Shown in pieces: positions 58,603-64,000 of a stretch of DNA of 64,000 bases (position 1 is its first letter; the number at the start of each line of letters is the position of its first letter). The DNA is taken from assembly GCA_016211945.1 (NCBI GenBank), contig JACRHV010000004.1, positions 66,649-130,648 of the forward strand. Direction: 5' to 3'. Source of the DNA: Minisyncoccota bacterium. Lineage in GTDB: Bacteria; Patescibacteriota; Microgenomatia; UBA1400; UBA12028. Below the pieces are notes generated by a model, which did not search any database, had not been told where the DNA came from, and was given only the letters and a program-made list of their open reading frames with translations. A program made the translations under genes and the position numbers.

Positions 58603-59420
58603 ATTGCCTTTATTTCCTGAGTAATGACTGTAATCATTTCCTTGTAACTCATATCTTTTATATTTAATTCTTCAAAAAATCTTGGTTTTTCTATACTAAG
58701 TGGAATGACGAGATTATCATTTTTTGGTTGTACTTCTTTTTTAAAGTTGCTTAATATATCTTTTGCTAACTTGTATTGTGTTACAACCTCTTTTATAAAA
58801 ATTGGAATAATTTTCCCCGTGATGTTTCTTCTCACAATACGTTCAACAACCTGAGAAATATGACCAATATATGTTGGCTGAAACTCCCATGATGTATCCC
58901 AATATGTTGGTTTATCTTGAGACATTGCCTTTAAAATCCTATTAAATGGCCTATCATTTGTCACATTAGGACTCATTCCAACGATATAAGAAGGTCGAAT
59001 AATTGTCCATTTCCCATGAGATTTTTGAATAATTTCTTCCGAATTCTTTTTTGTTTTACCATATATATTCCTGGGATTCAGAACTGCCAATGATGAAATA
59101 TATATCAAATGTGATTGATGTTTCATTGCCACGTCCGCAATATATGATGTGGCTTTTTCATTAAGATTCTTTGCCTCTTCTGGGTGTGATTCGCACCAAC
59201 TTCCACTTCCATTATTCGCTGTATGGACAATATAATCAGGTTTTAATTCTTTAACAGTTTTTTCCACCGCAATTGGATCTGTAATATCTAATTGAATAGA
59301 ATTTTCCCAAAATGGTGAGCTGTGATATTGTGGCACAATATCAAGTGTCATATGCAAATCTTGATAAATACGGGCACCCAGATATCCATTAGAACCCAAT
59401 AACAATATTTTGCTCCGCAT
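58599..59420 (-). CDS. RmlD-like SDR (dTDP-4-dehydrorhamnose reductase family, divergent)
   Basis: GSNGYLG, LDITD, KPD.IVHTA, CESHPE.A..LN, YGKTK, FQPTY. Confidence 0.75.
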   Translation of the reverse strand: MRSKILLLGSNGYLGARIYQDLHMTLDIVPQYHSSPFWENSIQLDITDPIAVEKTVKELKPDYIVHTANNGSGSWCESHPEEAKNLNEKATSYIADVAMKHQSHLIYISSLAVLNPRNIYGKTKKNSEEIIQKSHGKWTIIRPSYIVGMSPNVTNDRPFNRILKAMSQDKPTYWDTSWEFQPTYIGHISQVVERIVRRNITGKIIPIFIKEVVTQYKLAKDILSNFKKEVQPKNDNLVIPLSIEKPRFFEELNIKDMSYKEMITVITQEIKAI

Positions 59421-59425
59421 ATCTT

Positions 59426-59638
59426 CTATTCCTTCACAAATTCAAATCGAGGGACTTTTTTTCCATCCACCTCAATGTGTTCTATAAACATTTTTACTGG
59501 TCTTATCCATAACTGACCGTTTTCATTTGGATAAAGGCAATAATATGTCACGTATTCTTCAAGAGTTTCACTGTGCTTTGCAACTTCGATGACTTGATAA
59601 TATTTCCCTTTGTAGTGTCTATACGTTCCACATTTCAT
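59426..59638 (-). CDS. DUF1653-family protein
   Basis: G.YRHYKG..Y.V...A.HSETLE..V.Y..LY.....WIRP..MF......VPRF signature. Confidence 0.9.
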   Translation of the reverse strand: MKCGTYRHYKGKYYQVIEVAKHSETLEEYVTYYCLYPNENGQLWIRPVKMFIEHIEVDGKKVPRFEFVKE

Positions 59639-59678
59639 ATCTTCATTTCATTTTACCACCCAACACCTCCTCTATGAT

Positions 59679-61166
59679 ATGCTTTCAGATATGGGAATTC
59701 TGCTTGCAATCTACGCGGTTCTTCTTCGACTCATTCCTATTTTAAATAATCGCTTCTCATTCATGTATGACAACGCGAAAGACTCATTGGTTATGCTGGA
59801 GATGTTCCAATATCATAAGCCAGCACTCCTTGGACCAACGACAAGTTTGGAAGGATTATTCTACGGGCCAGCGTGGTATTACATCGCATTGCCTTTTAAC
59901 ATTCTTGGTCAATTTCACCCATTTGCGAGTGTTGCGATGGTGTTATTCTTGGTCGCACTGAGTACCTTCGTATTGACTCGAGTTTTTGGAAAAACCACAG
60001 GATTTCTTTTTGCCGTATCAATTGGCGCCATCGGAACACAAAATACTGCATGGACACCATACATGACTACTTTCCCCATGATTGCTGTATTTATACTTCT
60101 TTCCTCTATGAAACATCAAAAAAAGATTTCTTTGTGGCTATCCGCACTTCTTGGTCTTTTTGTTTCACTCATGTTCCATTTTCAAGTCGCATATGCCGTT
60201 GTTTTTCTTCCGCTCGTTTTTCTCGTTCTCATCAAAGAAAAAATTCCATTCGCATGGAAACACTGGTGCGTCGCGTTCTTCGCGTTCCTTCTCCCTATGC
60301 TCCCACAAGCTTTCTTTGAGACACGACACGACTTTCTTCAAACACGTTCAGTGATCCGTTACATTCATACATATTGTTCTGAGTCACAAAAAATACAACC
60401 CAATTCCTCTGGCATATTGCGAGTAAAAGAAGTTACTGAGTATATGTTTGATAACGCAAAACTCAGTGTATTGTCTTTTGACCAAGCATGGATTGCCACG
60501 ATCGTTCTTCTTTTTATTGGTATTAGTATAGTAAAAAGAAAAAAGAATTTTCTTGTCCGCACCTCACTCACTTTTATTGTCGGAAGCTTTCTTTTCTATC
60601 TCGTTCTCCCCATCAAACCTTACTATCTCACCGCTCTTATTCCTGTGTGGATCATACTTTTTTCACAATGTTTACAAACAGTATCCAAAAATTCTCGATC
60701 ATTCATTCTTGTGAGTTATGCAGTACTTAGTGTCGTTCATTTGCAACAGGGTATAGATCGAGCAAAACAATACGAAAAAACGGATGTCTTTTTTCTTGGT
60801 CCAAAAATGCAGGCGATTCAAACCGCATATGAGATGAGTGAAGGAAAACCATTTGCTTCATACCAGTATGTTCCAGAAATTTACGACTACACCTATCAAT
60901 ACCTTTATCTCGTGGGTCAGCAAAACGGGAAACAACTTCCGACAGAGTTTAGTTATGCGGCCGGAGAATACACCTATATTCCACAAAAACATGTACAACG
61001 CTCAACAACCCGGCCAACCTTCACCATACTTATTGTTGAAAAACCAAAAACCAACTGGCTGTACGATCAATGGAAAGATCGTGTAACAAAAAATCTCGAA
61101 ATTATTGAAACTCGAAAAATTAATGACGCGCTTACGGTGTACAAAACTATCCCCAAAAAATTGTAA
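59679..61166 (+). CDS. GT-C membrane glycosyltransferase (D-x-A-K-D subfamily)
   Basis: FMYDNAKD, LLGPTTS..FYGPAWYY, FHFQ, FETRHDF; multi-TM plus C-terminal soluble domain. Confidence 0.8.
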   Translation: MLSDMGILLAIYAVLLRLIPILNNRFSFMYDNAKDSLVMLEMFQYHKPALLGPTTSLEGLFYGPAWYYIALPFNILGQFHPFASVAMVLFLVALSTFVLTRVFGKTTGFLFAVSIGAIGTQNTAWTPYMTTFPMIAVFILLSSMKHQKKISLWLSALLGLFVSLMFHFQVAYAVVFLPLVFLVLIKEKIPFAWKHWCVAFFAFLLPMLPQAFFETRHDFLQTRSVIRYIHTYCSESQKIQPNSSGILRVKEVTEYMFDNAKLSVLSFDQAWIATIVLLFIGISIVKRKKNFLVRTSLTFIVGSFLFYLVLPIKPYYLTALIPVWIILFSQCLQTVSKNSRSFILVSYAVLSVVHLQQGIDRAKQYEKTDVFFLGPKMQAIQTAYEMSEGKPFASYQYVPEIYDYTYQYLYLVGQQNGKQLPTEFSYAAGEYTYIPQKHVQRSTTRPTFTILIVEKPKTNWLYDQWKDRVTKNLEIIETRKINDALTVYKTIPKKL

Positions 61167-62699
61167 CTATTCTTCTGTATCCTTTGGTTTTCGAACCTGT
61201 ATTCGATGATTGTTCATAACAAACTCTTTCACCAGTATTGTATGGTTGTCCTGATACTCACGAAAATTCTTGGTAAACTCAGGACCGATATCAAAATTCG
61301 GTTCATATATTGTGATATGCGTTTGGAAAGGCCCATCTGATCTTGGTAATATTTCATCACCGATATACCCATCAGCTGCAAACCCATACCACTGTGGAAT
61401 GACAACATCACGTTTACTCTTGTACCAAGAAAAATAATAACTCCAGGCAGATCGAATTCCATACGGCGTTTCAAATATGCTCACGGTAAATGGAGTATTC
61501 TGTGGAACCTGTGCATATACCGCATCAAGCACCTGCTTTCTCTGCCGCAGCAATACTCCATCCTGCACCTGCACATACGCATGATTGTCACGAGCTTGAA
61601 CATATATCATTCGTAGTTGGCTTCCTATCGCGAGAAAAATAATGATTGTGGCAATAACACTACGCATGTTCTTTGTATATGTTGTGAGAACATATGTAAA
61701 AAGAATCATCATAAGTATTCCCATTCCTATGAAGAAAAACTTTTCTGGAGGACGACCTGTAAAGAAAAGTACAACAGACCATAATAATGGGCCTAATAAA
61801 AAAAACACTTGAGAAAGATTTGATGTTCTCTTGGAATACCATACCGCACCACAAATTATACATATTAGGAATAGTCCAGCAAAAAGAGTTGGGAATCCCC
61901 AAACATTTTTTTGAAATAATGTGACCATCATTTCCCCATATTTCACTAACGGAAAAGTCGTCTCTGTTTGCACCGGAGGTTTTGTGTGCTGTACGCGCGA
62001 AAGCACATATCCGATAAGTCCACGAATAACCTGTCCGCGAAATTTCACTTCTGCGAGAAGAAGCGGGAGTACGCCTAGTATTGCTCCACCGTGAAATATT
62101 ATCCAATCACGAATATTTGATTTTTTTATCGCAAAAAAAGAATAGACAAAAAAGAGTAAAAATCCCATCACAAGTTCGGACTGAATAATTAATCCAAAAA
62201 GAATTCCAGCAATAAAGATATTTCTCACAAGTCTTTGTTGATTCCATAGGAAATAGAGAAACCATGGAAAAAGCGGAATAACAAGAACGGGATTGCTTAA
62301 CCATTTCGCATATGAAACAATTTCATACGAAAACAAGAAAAGTATCGATGATATGAACGCAACCTGGTGAGAAAAAAGACTACGGGATAAAGCATATACA
62401 CCGCTCACTGCGCATATATTCAAAAAAACAAAAAAGAGAAGCGGAAGCCAAGGATCCCATTTTGATAGAGCATATAATGGAGCAATGATGTAGTAAAAAA
62501 GTGGGCCATGGTGAACACCTGGTATATCGCTCACCGGACCGAGTAGTTTTAGATTTTTATGTAATACCATCTCGCGAACAACAAGCGCATCGCGCGCTTG
62601 ATCGTATGGAAAAATACTTTCGTAAATCCCTGGATAAATTCGGAGAAAAATTCCAAAAAAGATACACAATCCCAGTAAGAACTTTTGCCAAAGACTCAT
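61167..62699 (-). CDS. GT-C membrane glycosyltransferase (D-Q-A-R-D subfamily)
   Basis: FPYDQARD, LLGP.S..HHGPLFYY, WLSNP; multi-TM plus C-terminal soluble domain. Confidence 0.82.
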   Translation of the reverse strand: MSLWQKFLLGLCIFFGIFLRIYPGIYESIFPYDQARDALVVREMVLHKNLKLLGPVSDIPGVHHGPLFYYIIAPLYALSKWDPWLPLLFFVFLNICAVSGVYALSRSLFSHQVAFISSILFLFSYEIVSYAKWLSNPVLVIPLFPWFLYFLWNQQRLVRNIFIAGILFGLIIQSELVMGFLLFFVYSFFAIKKSNIRDWIIFHGGAILGVLPLLLAEVKFRGQVIRGLIGYVLSRVQHTKPPVQTETTFPLVKYGEMMVTLFQKNVWGFPTLFAGLFLICIICGAVWYSKRTSNLSQVFFLLGPLLWSVVLFFTGRPPEKFFFIGMGILMMILFTYVLTTYTKNMRSVIATIIIFLAIGSQLRMIYVQARDNHAYVQVQDGVLLRQRKQVLDAVYAQVPQNTPFTVSIFETPYGIRSAWSYYFSWYKSKRDVVIPQWYGFAADGYIGDEILPRSDGPFQTHITIYEPNFDIGPEFTKNFREYQDNHTILVKEFVMNNHRIQVRKPKDTEE

Positions 62700-62702
62700 A
62701 TA

Positions 62703-63257
62703 TTACTTTACTGCCTTACAAAAAGTATTAAACCCAAACTCAAACATCTGAACATTCACTTTTTGAAATCCAACATTTTTCATGACCTTCCGCAGTCTTT
62801 CTTCCGTAAAATAATTTTCGTGCTGTTCAATCATTTCTTTTCGCACAAGACCTACCTTCGCAAAAAGATCTAGGAGCGGTTTACTTGAGGGAGAAGGAAC
62901 CGTGATCAGTAACATTCCACCTTTTTTTAGAATGCGAAAACATTCACGCACAATATCTTTTGGATGTTTCATATGTTCCAATACCGCCATCATCGTAACA
63001 ATATCAGCAGATTGAGAAGGAAAATCTATTTTTTTTTGGAGATCCTGACAAAGTATTCGAACGTTTCCATATGAGTAACGACTTACAACGCAATCAATCC
63101 CTATACAGGCCTTCATGTCATCTTTTATTCGATCAATAAAAACTTGTGGCTGGTCACAGCCAATGTCCACAAGAACACTATCTTTTTTTAGATACGGCAA
63201 TATTTTTCGAATACGGAGCTCCTGGAATAGAGGTTCAAACAATGTAATTTTTTTCAT
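62703..63257 (-). CDS. Class I SAM-dependent methyltransferase
   Basis: LVDIGC, GID, AVLEH, RILKKGG..ITVP. Confidence 0.88.
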   Translation of the reverse strand: MKKITLFEPLFQELRIRKILPYLKKDSVLVDIGCDQPQVFIDRIKDDMKACIGIDCVVSRYSYGNVRILCQDLQKKIDFPSQSADIVTMMAVLEHMKHPKDIVRECFRILKKGGMLLITVPSPSSKPLLDLFAKVGLVRKEMIEQHENYFTEERLRKVMKNVGFQKVNVQMFEFGFNTFCKAVK

Positions 63258-63258
63258 A

Positions 63259-63951
63259 TCAAATTGTGGAGAGGCGGTATTTTAGAATTGCACCTACCGC
63301 TAGTATCCAATCAATTCCTGTGATTTTCTTTCCTTCTGCATATGTTCGACCAATGTATGTTATCGGTATTTCAAGAATTTTGACACCTCGCAATAATAAT
63401 TTGCATGTAATTTCCGGCTCTATACGAAAATCATTTTCGGACAATTTTAAATCCTTCATTAGTTGTGTTGGCAAAATTTTATAACATGTCTCCATATCAG
63501 AAAGAATCGTGTCATACAAAACATTAATGAATAGATTTAGGAGTTGGTTGCCAACATAATGCCAATAATACATATTCGTTCGTGCTCCAAAAAAGCGTGA
63601 TCCATATACAACTTCAACTCGTCCTAGACGTATTGGTTCCAATAATTTTGGTATTTCTTTTGGATCATATTCCAAATCTGCATCTTGAATAAGAATATAA
63701 TTCCCTTTTGCCATGCGCAATGCAGTCTGAATTGCTTTTCCTTTTCCTTGATTTTCTGTGTGTGAATATACATGGAGTCGTTTGACCTTTTTCTTTTTTG
63801 CCAAAACTGCCGTTTTGTCTTTTGATGCGTCATCTACAACAATTACCTCAAATACATCTTTTTGTGCAAGTACTTGAGTTAATACTTGTTGAATTGTTTT
63901 TTCTTCGTTGTATGCCGGGATAATAACAGTAAGTCGGATAGAATCCTTCAT
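63259..63951 (-). CDS. DPM1-like GT2, polyprenol-phosphate sugar synthase
   Basis: IIPAYNEE, DDASKD, NQGKG, IQDADLEYDP, VYGSRF, DMETCYK, IEPEIT, Y.GR...EGKKI. Start MKDS at 63951. Confidence 0.92.
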   Translation of the reverse strand: MKDSIRLTVIIPAYNEEKTIQQVLTQVLAQKDVFEVIVVDDASKDKTAVLAKKKKVKRLHVYSHTENQGKGKAIQTALRMAKGNYILIQDADLEYDPKEIPKLLEPIRLGRVEVVYGSRFFGARTNMYYWHYVGNQLLNLFINVLYDTILSDMETCYKILPTQLMKDLKLSENDFRIEPEITCKLLLRGVKILEIPITYIGRTYAEGKKITGIDWILAVGAILKYRLSTI

Positions 63952-64000
63952 ATTTTCAATTTCCTTCGAACTTTCCAATAGATCTTCTCCACAAATGAAG
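63948..64000 (-). CDS. 3' end of an upstream gene (partial)
   Basis: Frame ..SFVEKIYWKVRRKLKI* ends in a TGA overlapping ATG 63951, the ATGA coupling seen throughout the locus. Confidence 0.4.
   Translation of the reverse strand, partial: SFVEKIYWKVRRKLKI

Noticed and set aside
1-64000. Alternative genetic code (TGA read as Gly, as in Gracilibacteria/Absconditabacteria) and frameshifted pseudogenes
   Set aside because: Full-length proteins are obtained with code 11 and TGA is used as stop in many ATGA overlaps; no broken gene was evident

Overview
The whole 64 kb window is one densely packed surface-glycan locus of about 55 CDS, mostly on the minus strand, with many ATGA/TAATG overlaps. I saw no rRNA, tRNA, CRISPR array or transposase. 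Gene style (short or absent leaders, many membrane GT-C enzymes) suggests a CPR/Patescibacteria, Microgenomates-like genome; this is inference. Contents: a partial O-antigen-ligase/Wzy_C-like gene missed by the ORF track (<1..1643); about 14 further multi-TM GT-C-type proteins, including a tandem array of four ArnT/PMT-like paralogs and a PIG-V-like mannosyltransferase; three DPM1-like polyprenol-phosphate-sugar synthases, one paired with a DUF2304 protein as in streptococcal GacI/GacJ; about 16 other soluble GT2/GT4 enzymes; both an ABC exporter (wzm/wzt) and a Wzx flippase. Nucleotide-sugar tailoring genes cover UDP-xylose synthase, a WbpB/D/E-like 3-acetamido-sugar trio plus an AsnB-type amidotransferase, a ColD-type dehydratase (His in place of the PLP Lys) with Fcl/ColC, perosamine synthase, and GalE-like and RmlD-like SDRs. 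An AT-rich block (~18.1-35 kb) looks horizontally acquired and contains a GC-rich 16-bp hairpin. Most notable: (i) an apparent backbone-plus-extracellular-decoration glycan assembly line; (ii) three adjacent glycosyltransferases of different folds carrying a related beta-sandwich insert, one apparently circularly permuted; (iii) recurrent -10 boxes 5-9 nt upstream of start codons and palindromic bidirectional promoters. All product calls come from motif recognition by eye; no database searches were run.
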